From Octopus vulgaris (taxonomy: Eukaryota), in NCBI GenBank assembly GCA_951406725.2, contig OX597822.1, positions 31,372,001 through 31,436,000 of the forward strand: a stretch of DNA of 64,000 nt, read 5' to 3'. Of the stretch, positions 43,727 through 61,175 are shown piece by piece. Each line of letters opens with the position of its first letter. The first letter of the stretch is position 1. The position numbers were made by a program, and so were the translations under genes. Under the pieces are notes generated by a model that was not told the DNA's origin, made no database searches, and saw only the letters and a list, made by a program, of their open reading frames with translations.

Positions 43727-43727
<1 letters not shown>
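43521..43727 (-). mobile_element. Family D copy (diverged)
   Basis: Contains TTTCGAGCCTACGCTCTTC and AAAGACGAA...CAGGTGG, the reverse complement of the 45.5/50.7-kb copies. (TA)n flanks. Confidence 0.65.
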
Positions 43728-43778
<51 letters not shown>

Positions 43779-45382
43779 GAGAAACATACACATACACACA
43801 CACACACTGTGAGCTGAAACTAAATAAATTTAAAAATAAATAAATAAAAAATATGAACGAGTGTGTCCATATATGTATGGATGTAGCAACGTATATGTAT
43901 ACATGAGTCCCAGAGGAGAGATTTTTACCTTTGATTGGTCTCCCGTTCACCGTAATGTCATCTGTGCTCAAGCAGTTTCTCGAGTTTTCACGCTAAATTG
44001 ACAAAAAATGCCAGATGAATTTTGTAACATTTTTTTCTCGTTAATACCAAATTTACTTCGGATATCCTGAACGAGTAAATTTCTCACATCTGCATCAGTT
44101 TAGATAGATACCCCTTGTTGCAGGCGAAATCCTTGATTTCAGGAATTTGCAAGCCATATAAAGACAGAGAAGTACAAGTGATATCTATTATGGCGATGTC
44201 TTATAAATATAACAAGTTATACATATAAAAAGTTTTTATAAATTAATATATTGATGAAAAGTTGTTTCAGATTGTTAGTATCTATGGAGTTTCTTCTGAA
44301 GTTTGTGCAATATATGAGACTTTGGGTCACGGCCTTATATTAAATAGAACAACCCTTTACTGATTATCAATTTTTCCGACAACTAGGCTGCGAGTTACTG
44401 TGCATTTACATTTAAGTGAGTTTTCCTATTTATTTAATTATATGTCACGAAAATCAACATAGAAATCCAGGAAGATTGATCATTAATTTAAGCTAACAAT
44501 TTCCTCTAAACATCGGAAGTCTTTATTTAATTTAGTAATCATGTAAATATTGAAAAAAAAAAGAAACTTTTCATAATATTTGTTGTTTGTTTTTGAAGTA
44601 TTTCATTTGGCAGAGAAATTAAAAGCCGTTACCAACACTGAAAACAAACCATAAACACAACTGGCGGTTTTTTCATAAATGAATATGAATGTCAAGTTTC
44701 AGATATATAAAGTGAATATTGGATATTTAGCCAAATTTAAATCTAAAAATAAAAGCGATGATAGTAGTAAATGAGGTTTATGCCACCCATAGAATCTTTT
44801 CTTAAACGCTTGGAAGATTGCCAAGAGATATCCAAAAGTTTCAGCGATGTATTGATGGAATAATTGAATGAGAGATAAGCAAACACAAATTAACCTTCCA
44901 GTGAGAGTGATAAATTTGTCAAACTGAAAAATGTAGCATGCTGCAATAATCTATTTTCGGTCAGTACCAACGTTTCTGTTTATATAGGTCTTACTTTAAA
45001 TACATCATTTGTATGTTCTAAACATTTAGTCTACCCATACGGCTGAACAAATCACATTTGTTAAGGAGGGCCGGGCTAGATGTTTACAAATCAGAAAATC
45101 TCATAGAGCGGAAGATGGGGGAATAACAAGAACCGATTCTTGTGCACTTGTTTCTAACCCAGACATTTATTAGGGCAAGTGCACATTGTTTAACTATCAA
45201 GTCGAACTATAGTTTCCCCCTCTGCTTCTCTCCCTCCCGGAATTTCTTTATTCCTTTCCCCCTTTCTACAAGGCAAGGTATATTCTAAAGTGCACTTTTA
45301 CTGTGATGCAGAGTCACACAGCTGAATTTGCGAGCATCATCCGGTTCTTCACTGAGGAAAGAAAACTTCGAATGAACCTTCC

Positions 45383-45695
45383 TTGTTTTTTGTATCGTCT
45401 ATCTGGATGTTTTGTTGTCCCTTTTTGTATCACTTAGTTGTCCGGATGTTTTGCGTTCTTGTCCCTTTTTGTATTATATATATATATATATATATACATA
45501 TATATAAAATGCACGCATTTTTTTTCTCTCCTTGTTTCTTTCTGTGTTTCTTTTCTGTGTATCTTTCTGTTGAAGAGCGTAGGCTCGAAACGTAAAAGAC
45601 TTGTTTTATTTATATTCCTGAGCGCCATACTAATACAATTGTTTGTTTATATCCCACCTGCCTTCGTCTTTTGTTTATTTTCATAAAGCTTCCCG

Positions 45696-45696
<1 letters not shown>
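45383..45696 (+). mobile_element. Short repeat family D (PLE-like terminus with A6U hammerhead-like motif)
   Basis: 45511-45696 is nearly identical to 50653-50841 and ends directly in (TA)n. Confidence 0.7.
45562..45599 (+). ncRNA. Minimal hammerhead-like motif, A6U core variant
   Basis: TCTTT-CTGTTGA-A-GAGC(GTAG)GCTC-GAAA-CG-TA-AAAGA. Confidence 0.55.
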
Positions 45697-45749
<53 letters not shown>

Positions 45750-46267
45750 TTTTACATATATCAGCCCTAAGGTCGATGCAATGCGGGAGCACCGCCATAT
45801 ATGTATATTCATATGCATGCATGTATAATTATTTATATATTTGTATATACCTGCATATGTCTTTAAGAGTGCATATATACATATACGTATAATCTTGGCG
45901 TGGGCATATATATGTATGTGAATGTAAGCGTCTGCGTATAAGCAATAAAAAAATGTCCGCTAAAATGTAAATTTTCATTTGCATATGTATTAACAAAGTT
46001 GCTCAAGAGTTGCTAGACACATCATGCCCTACATTTTTGGTAATGCTCAGAGAATGTTGAATGAACTGTCTACTGCAGCAAAGCAATATTATATGTCCAT
46101 ATAAATATTATTATCCTCGTAGTCTAGCAACACTGAAAGTTTTATTTTATATATGTTGGTAAAAATGTATTTTATTCATAATAAACTGTATACAAGCTAA
46201 GACATGCATGTAAATTCAGCCATAGACACTGTGACATTTGTTTTGCACACACACGCAGATATGTATG

Positions 46268-46350
<83 letters not shown>

Positions 46351-46419
46351 GTAATGTGTAAATATGTATATGTGTAAATATATAAATATGGTATATATAT
46401 ATATACACATATACATGAA

Positions 46420-46471
<52 letters not shown>

Positions 46472-46476
46472 CATAG

Positions 46477-46862
46477 TTGTTTCAGTCATTTGACTGCGGC
46501 CATGCTGGAGCACCGCCTTTAATCGAGCAACTCGACCCCGGGACTTATTCTTTTGTAAGCCCAGTGCTTATTTTATCGGTTTCTTTTGCCGAACCGCTAA
46601 GTAACGGGGACATAAACGCACCAGCATCGGTTGTCAAGCAATGCTAGGGGGACAAACACAGACACACAAACATACACACGCATATATATACATATATACG
46701 ACGGGATTCTTTCAGTTTCCATCTATCAAATCCACTTACAAGGCTTTGGTCGGCCCGAGGCTATAGTAGAAGGCACTTGCCCAAGGTGCCACGCAGTGGG
46801 ACTGAACCCGGAACCAAGTGGTTGGTAAGCAAGCTACTTACCACACAGCCACTCCTGCGCCT
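46477..46862 (-). mobile_element. SINE family A, full length
   Basis: Complete head-to-tail match, ending ACTCCTGCGCCT. Confidence 0.85.
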
Positions 46863-47007
46863 ATATATAGTAATTTAAGATTAAGTAGGGCATATAATAC
46901 CACTTGCTAAAATCAGAACCATTGCACCAAAAACTAGCATAAAAATTACGATAAAGATACACACGAGCAATACAATTATCATATGAGAAATGGGCTTACC
47001 TTTGCTT

Positions 47008-47038
<31 letters not shown>

Positions 47039-47248
47039 ATGATGTTTCCTAACTTTTTTCACTATCGAATACATATGCTTTCCATAACAATTATCGAGGC
47101 TGCTTTAGTGATAAGAGAAAACATATCAGTACAATTACATCTATATTTCATTTGCAGCAATTTCGTTCGTCATTAACCGCAATAAAGTCTTACAAGTAAA
47201 TCGGGTCATAAACTGATTACATATTATCAGGAAGTAGATGATATGTAC

Positions 47249-47308
<60 letters not shown>

Positions 47309-47336
47309 ATGTGTGTGTGTGTGTGTGTGTTTATGT

Positions 47337-47367
<31 letters not shown>

Positions 47368-47432
47368 ATGTGTTATATATATGATATATATGCAAGTGTA
47401 CGTGTGTGTATGTATATGTATAAATAAATAAT

Positions 47433-47596
47433 GGGTGAAGGAGTGACTGTGTGGTAAGTAGCTTGCTTACGAACCACATGGTTTCCTGGTTCATTCCCAC
47501 TCCGTAGCACCTTGGGCAAGTGTCTTCTACTATAATCTCGGCCCGACCAAAGCCTTGTGAGTGGATTTCGTAGACGGAAACTGAAAGAAGCCCGTC
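47433..47596 (+). mobile_element. SINE family A, 5' half
   Basis: Head up to GAAAGAAGCCCGTC, then (TA)n. Confidence 0.8.
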
Positions 47597-47604
47597 ATGT
47601 ATAT

Positions 47605-47661
<57 letters not shown>

Positions 47662-47662
<1 letters not shown>

Positions 47663-47860
47663 TTTATATAAAAGGAGCAGAAATATAAAAAAAGAAACCT
47701 TACTCAGAGTTTCACGCCCACGTCCGACGAACGGGAAAGTGAAACTCAGAGTAACACCGTTTGTGCTCTTTCTACTGCTTCTAAATAAAGCATATTACTC
47801 TACCTTTGCAATTTCAGTACTCTTTTTCGCACCTTGTTTCACATTTATGTGCTTACCCAA

Positions 47861-47861
<1 letters not shown>
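47662..47861 (+). mobile_element. PLE-like terminus with HHR-like motif (47721-47756) and short 5' inversion
   Basis: GT-CCGACGA-AC(GGGAAA)GT-GAAA-CTC(A)GAG-TA-AC. TTACTCAGAGTTTCAC (47700-47715) is inverted relative to GTGAAACTCAGAGTAA. AATAAA downstream and (TA)n flanks. Confidence 0.55.
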
Positions 47862-47914
<53 letters not shown>

Positions 47915-48559
47915 TATATATATGCATATGTGTGCAGGTGTAGGCGTGTGCATGCATGTATGTCTGTATTAATATATATATGTATATATTATACATATTG
48001 GACTCTTTCGATCGTCGTTAAATGACGGAATCGGATTCACACAATTTTTGCTTGACAACGACAGAATTGCTCTGTTTGTAGTGATCGTATATGGTTGTTC
48101 ACGTCAGCACATTCCATCCTATATCTCCACCCACATTATCTGTACAGGTACGTAAGCGTGCGACGCTTTAGTTGTCGAAATGATAGCAGAGAATCTAATA
48201 ATGATGTTTTGCTCAAGACCAAAACACTCTGCTCGCGATGGGATCGAAACTACGCGTATAGAATTTATACAATGTCATTGTAGTTAACTCCGCCACCGCA
48301 AAAAAATGTAATCCCAACGAGAAATTACTGCGTTAATAAATCATGGTAGAAAGCAAGATGAATGATGCGTAACATTATCTGGAGCAGACTTTGATTATCA
48401 TATATCCTTTCGGCAACATCGACTAAGCACCTAACGTCATAAAGGATCGAGGGATTACGTCTTCATACAGCAGACAGAAGTCTTCATCCTTACACATGGA
48501 AAATGAATCATCAGGAAAGATTTCTGACTGTTAGTAAAAGGTACAGATCTGAAGTAGGT

Positions 48560-49300
48560 GAGCAACTCCAAACCAACAAAGCATTGGATGATATCCTGTA
48601 TGGTTATATTACGCTGTCAGACCCCAGCGTGGCAGTAACATATATAATCAGAATATAATTTCTTGGTCTGAATACCACCATACTAAATTTCTGTTACAAT
48701 GGTATGTATTTTCAAAATATGAGTAGAAAATACCAAAGTGTACTTGATTTACACAAAGTATATGGAAGATACATATGTGAATTCAACACTGAATAGATGG
48801 CAGACATCATATGTAGCTTCAGATAAATGGAATCAGAATGCTATCAACCTACGAGACATGAGGCAGTTGTCAAACATCTATGTGATACAATACAGTTAAA
48901 GAGTAGTGCTTAAGATTAAATATGAGAAATTAGAGTGAAGTTGTGGACAGCAGACACATGAGAGGAAAGAATACTTTTGAAATGTATCTGTGAAAACCAT
49001 ATAACAGACCAGACGAAATGGTTAGGATAGAAAAACATAGTGTGTACAACAATAGAAACTAATTGTTGAGAAGAGGTCTTCATTGTGTTAAAAGGAAAAT
49101 TAAATATCTATGACGGACTAATTAGAAATCTTTAGATGCATCTCAGTGATTATAACTTTAGATTTAGACCTATGTAAACTGCAGCGATTGTTTATGCAGC
49201 TAACTACCTCAGCAGCAGTCTTGCTTCTGCATAGCTAATTAAGGAACCACAATTACAAGCCATTAATGGAATTGTGGAAAATTGTATAACATGTCACAAA
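48560..49300 (+). pseudogene. Heavily decayed non-LTR retrotransposon C-terminus, possibly RLE (R4/Dong-like)
   Basis: Broken-frame traces resembling RHIICS...LRHEAVVK...(H)NRPD...GLIRNL. Many stops and indels. Confidence 0.35.
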
Positions 49301-49444
49301 TTTATCCAGTAGTATGTATAGTTGTATTTAGACATACAAGGCTATTTATATGCACACGTAAGTCAAGACATACAAAACCACCTTTTCAATTACATTCATA
49401 CATGCACAAACATATGTACATGCGTAGATCTATTGTTATACGCG

Positions 49445-49517
<73 letters not shown>

Positions 49518-49986
49518 GTACACAGACGGAGAGGTGGCTAAGTCGCTGATGTATATAACTTGTATTATCATTCAATTTCCGGGTTCAATCATACTGTGTG
49601 ATATTTTGGGAACAAGACTTTAATATAATCAAAACATATGAGGGAAGATGAATAGACGGAAATCGTTTAGAAAGGCGACGCATGGAATATACGGTAAGTT
49701 TAATTGAAGCATGCAGCTTTCAAACGTCGTATAGCGTTGCTTCTGCCTAAGAAATACGTTAAGGACATATGTGTTGCTAGGTTATCCACTCTCTTCAAAT
49801 GCTGGTCCGAAGAGTTAATTGTCCAGTTGTTCATACACCTATACGACCAGATGTTGAAATCAATGGGTTAAACCATAACACTTACCTATAAAGACAGACA
49901 TATACACACATATCTGTAGCGATGTCTACACACACAGACACATACAAACACAAACGCACACATACACATATACTATATATATATAT

Positions 49987-50839
49987 CACTCCCCTTCTCT
50001 CTCCCCCTCTCCCTCTTTCCTCCTTCCTCCCCCTCCTCCCCTTCCTTCTCCCCCTCCTCTCTCTCCCCCATCCTCTCCTACCCCCCCTCTCCTCCCCCTA
50101 TTCTTCCCCTCCCCTTCTCTCCCCCTCTTCTCCCCCCCCTCTTCTCACTACACCACACGACTTTACACATCACATCATATATGATGTGCCATACTAATAC
50201 ATACACCAACTAATACATACTAATACGTACTAATACATACTAATACATACTAATACATACACCAACCCTATACATACACACGTCCAGACCCCTCATACGC
50301 ACTTATACTCTCTCATACACACACACACACACACTTATACATACTAATACGTACTAATACATACTAATACATACTAATACATACACCAAACCCATACATA
50401 CGCACGTCCAGACCAATCCAACGCACTAATACTCTCTCATACACACACACACACCCTTATACATACTAATACATACACCAACCCTATACATACACACGTC
50501 CAGACCCCTCCTACGCACTATTAGCTGGTCCTTCAACCCTATTATCAACCCTATTATCAACCCTATTATCTCCCCTTATTTCGCTCTCGCGTCTCATGTT
50601 TGATCTTTGACCTCTGGCCGAAATCAGATCGCCATGTTGATTCGTTAGCTACTGCACGCATTTTTTTTCTCTCCTTCTTTCTGTGTTTTTTTTCTCTCTG
50701 TGTATCTTTCTGTTGAAGAGCGTAGGCTCGAAACGTTAAAGACTTGTTTTATTTATATTTCCTGAGCGCCATACTAATACAATTGTTCGTTTGTTTTCCA
50801 CCTGCCTTCGTCTTTTGTCTATTTTCATAAAGCTTCCCG

Positions 50840-50841
<2 letters not shown>
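49987..50841 (+). mobile_element. Longer family D copy with internal minisatellites, bounded by (TA)n
   Basis: C/T-rich tract, (CATACTAATA)n inside a roughly 120-bp unit repeated about 3 times, (AACCCTATTATC)x3, then the family D terminus. Confidence 0.55.
50705..50742 (+). ncRNA. Minimal hammerhead-like motif, A6U core variant (second copy)
   Basis: TCTTT-CTGTTGA-A-GAGC(GTAG)GCTC-GAAA-CG-TT-AAAGA. Confidence 0.55.
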
Positions 50842-50903
<62 letters not shown>

Positions 50904-51514
50904 ATATACATATGTATGCATATATATATATGTAAATATGCAAGTATACGTATGAGGTGTGTAATAAGTATGTCTATATAAATATATACATGTGAGCATA
51001 TGTATATATACACATATAAATACATACATACATACGTACGCATACATATATATATATATTCATATATATGTGCTATATGCATTCGTATATAGGTAGCTGA
51101 ATGTGATCATCATGAAATAAATTGAGTTGTATATTACTCATGCTTAAATCCATGATTGAACATAATAAACAACATATCTTAAAATATTTTTTGACTCATT
51201 TAAAATTAATATACATGGATGCATGTGTATCAATTCACTTGTGATAAATATCGAAATGAATATATGTGAACAAAATGACAATCTGATATACATAGGTGTA
51301 GAAAATGAGAATACACATTCTCATACACATGTATATCAGTTCGACATATTGTGTAGTAACACACACACTCGCACGCAGGCACATACACGAATTTATATAT
51401 TTATATAAGTATATGCGTCAGTATATCTATTGCTGAGTATGTATTAATAAGTATATGAATATACGACATTCGTTATTTCTTTGTTTCCTATATATATATA
51501 TATATATATATTTA

Positions 51515-52190
51515 TGTATAAGGATGAAAAGGAACACACGAGTTTATATATATGAAAAAATAAGTCAGGATAGAAAATGCTAAAATAATTTTATAAAGAA
51601 AATTTCAGTAGCGGGTTCAGTCATTGAGACCTTTTCAACTGTAACAATTTAATAATTAAATTTAGAAAAATCAAAAGAAAAGTTTTTTTTAAAGGAATAT
51701 GTGTATTGTTTCTGCCTTTCTCTGTCTCTCTTGTTTACTCTTGTGGATTCGAGGTCATGGTGAATTCTTGGTAGGAAAGAAGAAGAAGGAGGAGGAGGAG
51801 AAGGAGGGGAGGAAGCAGACGAAGACTTTGGGAGTGCCTTGATTGTAGTATTTTGAATGGTCAGTGGAGGCTAGCAGTTGCTGTTCAATTCATGAAAATA
51901 TTTCTATTGAAAGTTTTGTTTATAGAATTTGCGTAGGTGTTATACTAAAAAAGCGTTAGTGATAAAGTTAAGAAGGAGAAGGAAGGAGAAGGGGAAGAAG
52001 AAGAAGAAGAAGAAGATGATGATGATGATGATGATGATGATGAAGAAGAAGAAGAAGAAGAAGAAGAAAGGGAAGGGAAAATATGAATGAGTGAAAGTAG
52101 TGAGGTGTTGGATGACATAGTTGGCACGTTATGGATGACAGCAGTGATTGGGGTTGATTTTTAATGGATTCTTAGGGATGTAATATAATG

Positions 52191-52192
<2 letters not shown>
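51515..52192 (-). mobile_element. PLE-like terminal region with degenerate U3-A8 HHR (51603-51644) and trinucleotide-repeat UTR
   Basis: Minus strand: CAG-TTGAAAA-GGTC(TCAAT)GACT-GAAC-CCGC-TA-CTG. Internal (GAA)n/(GAT)n, with microsatellite flanks. Confidence 0.45.
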
Positions 52193-52258
<66 letters not shown>

Positions 52259-52263
52259 GTGTG

Positions 52264-52294
<31 letters not shown>

Positions 52295-52937
52295 GTGTGT
52301 ATATACATATATATATATATACTTCAGACGGAAACGTACTAACCAGGAAACGTCATGATTACGATGAAGTAAAACTCGACTTAATATGACACCAGCAACG
52401 TTGGCGATCACTGCGATCGATTACTGCCGCCATCAATCGTAACAACAGTACAACCAACACCTTCAGTATCGCTGCCATCATCACCTTCAACTAATTTCTA
52501 TTAAAGTAAACATCGCTACCGCTAGCAAAATGCATATCACCAACGCTCTCACCGCTACCAATGCTACTACCATGAACAAAATTGTCACTACTAAAAATAA
52601 CGGCAATCTAACCACAGCAATCACAACAATCTTCAGTACAAACATTGTCACTACCATCGCCACCACCATACCCAACGCTAACATCACTACATCAGCTACC
52701 AGTATGACAAGCACGGCTGCAATTATTTCTATCATCATCATCACGTGCGCCACAACGACCACCAACACCAACATCAACACCAGACTTACTTTTGTCTGGC
52801 TATCAAATACATTCGTTTGTAATATTTCATAATTTCATAAACACATCATTTATTTTTTAAAATGAAACATTTATTTCTATGAAAAAAAAACAGTAAAACA
52901 TATATCAATGTGATTCACTATTTTCATTGAATATGAT

Positions 52938-56333
<3,396 letters not shown>

Positions 56334-56405
56334 ATATATATATATATATATATATGTATGTGCATATATATATTTATGCATATATATATATGTATATATA
56401 TGTAA

Positions 56406-56462
<57 letters not shown>

Positions 56463-56464
<2 letters not shown>

Positions 56465-56877
56465 CGCAGGAGTGGATGTGTGGTAAGTAGCTTGCTAACC
56501 AGCCACATGGTTCCGGGTTCAGTCCCACTGCGCGGCATCTTGGGCAAGTGTCTTCTGCTATAGCCCCGTGCCAACCAATGCCTTGTGAGTGGATTTGGTA
56601 GACGGAAACTGAAAGAAGTCTGTCGTATATATGTATATATTTGTATGTATGTGTGTGTATATGTTTGTGTGTCTGTGTTTGTCCCTCTAGCATTGCTTGA
56701 CAACCGATGCTGGTGTGTTTACGTTCCCTGTCACTTAGCGGTTCCGCAAAAGAGACCGATAGAATAAGTACTGGGCTTACAAAAGAATAAGTCCCGGGGT
56801 CAAGTTGCTCGATTAAAAGGCGGTGCTCCAGCATGGCCACAGTCAAATGACTGAAACAAGTAAAAGAGTAAAAGAGT
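56463..56877 (+). mobile_element. SINE family A, full length, within (TA)n
   Basis: GGCGCAGGAGTGG...GAAACAAGTAAAAGAGTAAAAGAGT. Confidence 0.88.
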
Positions 56878-56904
56878 ATATATATATATATGTATATACA
56901 TATG

Positions 56905-57645
<741 letters not shown>

Positions 57646-57699
57646 GTATATATAAATCTATGTATATAGATATATATGTGAATATATATATATATATAC

Positions 57700-57757
<58 letters not shown>

Positions 57758-57814
57758 ATACATGTATATATAGATATGTAAATATATATGTATATATATA
57801 TATATGTGTATATA

Positions 57815-58402
57815 AAAACCGCTACATCTACTTTGTGCAAATTCCTCAGACTCTTTGGGAGAATATTAAAAAGCTGTGGGCCCTTGAAACCCAGGCTGTT
57901 GCAGAAGCTGGTCCTGAAGCGTGATGGCATTGCTGGGATCTTTGGCACTATGCAGTGTCGACCCGTTCTACCATTGGTGTAGCTTACAATGCTTCCAGAC
58001 ATATATTACTGCATACCTCTCTCGTCTTCTCTCCAGGGAGTAGAGTCTTAGCTGTTTCAACCTTTCCTAGTAGCTGAGCTGTTCCAAAGAGACGATCTTC
58101 TTTGTGAATCTTCTCCGGATTGCTTCAAGGTCCGCTGTTAATTTTTCACTGGTGGGTGACCATAGCTGTGAGCAGTAATCCAGGCGGCTGAGGACGAATG
58201 TCCGCCAGAGGACCATCATGGTTTCCTTATCTCTGGTTCTGAATGTGCTTAGGATCCGCCCAGCCAGTCGTCTGCACTTTGTCGCCATCCTGGTAATGCG
58301 CACTTGGAAAGAGGTATCATCACTCATGTCGATACTCAGGTCCCTCACAGACTTAGGCTCTGGGATTGAAATTCCCTGTGGACCGGTGTATCCTGTAAGT
58401 TT
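57815..58402 (-). mobile_element. Second, diverged CR1-group LINE ORF2 C-terminal fragment (pseudogenised)
   Basis: [11 protein letters not shown]...[11 protein letters not shown]...LSY*ERLKQLRLYSLERRRERY and GPQLFNILP, homologous to the C-terminus of the intact ORF2. Has a stop and a frameshift, and is flanked by (TA)n. Confidence 0.85.
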
Positions 58403-58498
58403 AATATATATATACATATACATGTATACATATATATACATATATATATACATACGTTTTCGCTGCCCTAACAGCTGGTCCATTGTGCCTTCACTCAT

Positions 58499-58716
<218 letters not shown>

Positions 58717-58721
58717 TATGA

Positions 58722-58865
58722 GTGAAGGCACAATGGACCAGCTGTTAGGGCAGCGAAAACGTGGTCGTAGGATCGCGGTTTCGGTTCCCATGCGGGCGTT
58801 GTGAATGTTTATTGAATGATAACACCTAAAAGATCCACGTCGCTCCGGCAGTGGGTGGCGGTGAT
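58722..58865 (+). mobile_element. SINE family B, diverged 5' fragment
   Basis: GTTAGGGCAGCG...GTAGGATCGCGGTTTCGGTTCCC...GCTCCGGCAG. Confidence 0.75.
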
Positions 58866-59358
58866 ACTACGCTGAATTTCCAGATTTGATAGACCTTAAC
58901 AAGAAAGGCATCGGGATCAATGTTGCCTTTCATCTTTTCGGAGGTGATAATATAAGGTCTCAAGACTAGTGTGGATGATATCAACAACCGGCCTCCCTCA
59001 AATGTTTTGGCCTTTTGGTTGAATAAACGCCTATCAAGTGCGCTAAGACGACCTGTGGGGAAAAGATTGTCAGAAACTTACGATACGTTAGAAGACTTCA
59101 TCAGTCATTTGAACAGTTTTTATATTTTAATTTAACCTTTACGCACGCTGAATACCCTTTCCTTAATTAGTTAAGTTCTTTTGCGTTGTGAGTTCTAAGA
59201 TCATATTCTGACGTCGTAAAACATTTTATCTGTCTAAGATCATAATAGCTATGGTCAACTCTTCTCTTTCTGAAATTCGCCGTCCTTCTGTTAATGTGCA
59301 TAAAAGAAAATGTGCCAGACTTGAGGGTTATATGCCACCTAAAATATGTGATTCTGAA

Positions 59359-59458
<100 letters not shown>

Positions 59459-59654
59459 CGTAAGTTAGTACGCATGAGAAAACCCTCTGGTTATATATAT
59501 CTTAGTGACTTTTTTCGTTGGGATCATTGAACGTACAGGTTAAACGGGAGAGAGTAACATAAGGGACCCTCGTCTAGAATATCTATAATACCGCGCAAAT
59601 AATACCAGAGCAGGTTGCCTTGCCCATGTGCAAGCAATACTAGTTACATATTAT

Positions 59655-59805
59655 ACTTAGCGGTTCGGCAAAAGAGACTGATAGAATAAATACTGGGCTT
59701 ACAGAGAATAAGTCCCGGGGTCGATTTGCTCGACTAAAAGCGGTGCTGCAGCATGGCCGCAGTCAATTGACTGAAACAAGTAAAAGAGTAAAAGAGTAAA
59801 GAGAG
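59655..59805 (+). mobile_element. SINE family A, 3' fragment
   Basis: ACTTAGCGGTTCGGCAAAAGAGAC... through the tail. Confidence 0.8.
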
Positions 59806-60211
59806 TTACCCTAAAAAACGGGGTAATGATTTGGAAATTTCGCTCACAATCATTACGTCCTTTGTTAATTTCTTGGACCGGATGGCATGGTGTATCGTTG
59901 AATAAAGAACATTATTTCACGTTGGTTCAGTCCATTTTTCTAAATGAGTATGAGTATTAATAATAGTAAGATTAAATTAACAAGGGCCTAGCTTCCTTTT
60001 CGGGGAAGACTTTAGTACACTAAATCAACTAAAGGCCATTGATTCCAGGACAACACTCGACATAATTGGACAGTAGATGACACTTTAAAAATATATAGAT
60101 ACATATAAGAACGCACCACTATAAATACACACACGCACACATCCATATATATAACTACGCAGGTATGTATGTGTATATATATATATCCATATATATAACT
60201 ACGCAGGTATG

Positions 60212-60266
<55 letters not shown>

Positions 60267-60287
60267 TCATATATATAACTACACAGG

Positions 60288-60342
<55 letters not shown>

Positions 60343-61043
60343 ACATTCACACAAACACACGCGTGCGCATACACAAAGTATATGTAAGTATATATGTATG
60401 CATGTATATATGAACGTATATGTGTGTAATATTGCGGGTAATGATAGAGTAAGTCACATATTAATAGACTGCAATATAAAACTATAAAGCTCTTCAGATA
60501 ACCAGAGTGATAAATAAATAGTTGAATGGGTAAATGTGGCATATGCGCAAAGTAAATAGTAGTCATAGATGTATAAACATTGTTTGAGTAAGCTAAAATG
60601 TACTTCACCATGGTAACAAATACTAAAACAGAAATAGACGTTTTAATGGCATACCAAGTGATGTTTTTTTTTTCGTTTTTGTTTGTTTATTTTTAACGTT
60701 TTTTTTCTTCTTGTACTTGTCTCCTTTATGTTTTGCATTAATGTACCAATCTTAATAGATAAACAATGGATAGACGCTTTCAAACAAGAAATAGTCTCTG
60801 AGAAGCATAAATAAATTTAATATCAAACAACGGCAGCATTGAAGACGGTGATTGTAATGGTGATGATGATGATGGTGATGATGAGGATGATGATGATGAT
60901 GATGATAGCTACGATGTTATTAATGGCAAAGACGGTTTAGGGTTATAGATGATATTGATGAAATTAATGATAATGATGAAGGTGCCGACAACAGCAATAA
61001 CACCAACATCAAGTAGCAACAACAGGCAACTTCAAACGATTAC

Positions 61044-61076
<33 letters not shown>

Positions 61077-61144
61077 AATAAATGACCTAATGAGAATAGC
61101 AGACTTTAATAATATAAACGTAAGTGGCGGACGAAATTTCAGAA

Positions 61145-61175
<31 letters not shown>

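Noticed and set aside
52487-52832. Thr-rich and hydrophobic ORFs resembling a mucin or membrane protein
   Set aside because: Decayed (ACC/ACT/ATC)n trinucleotide low-complexity sequence with no supporting splice structure
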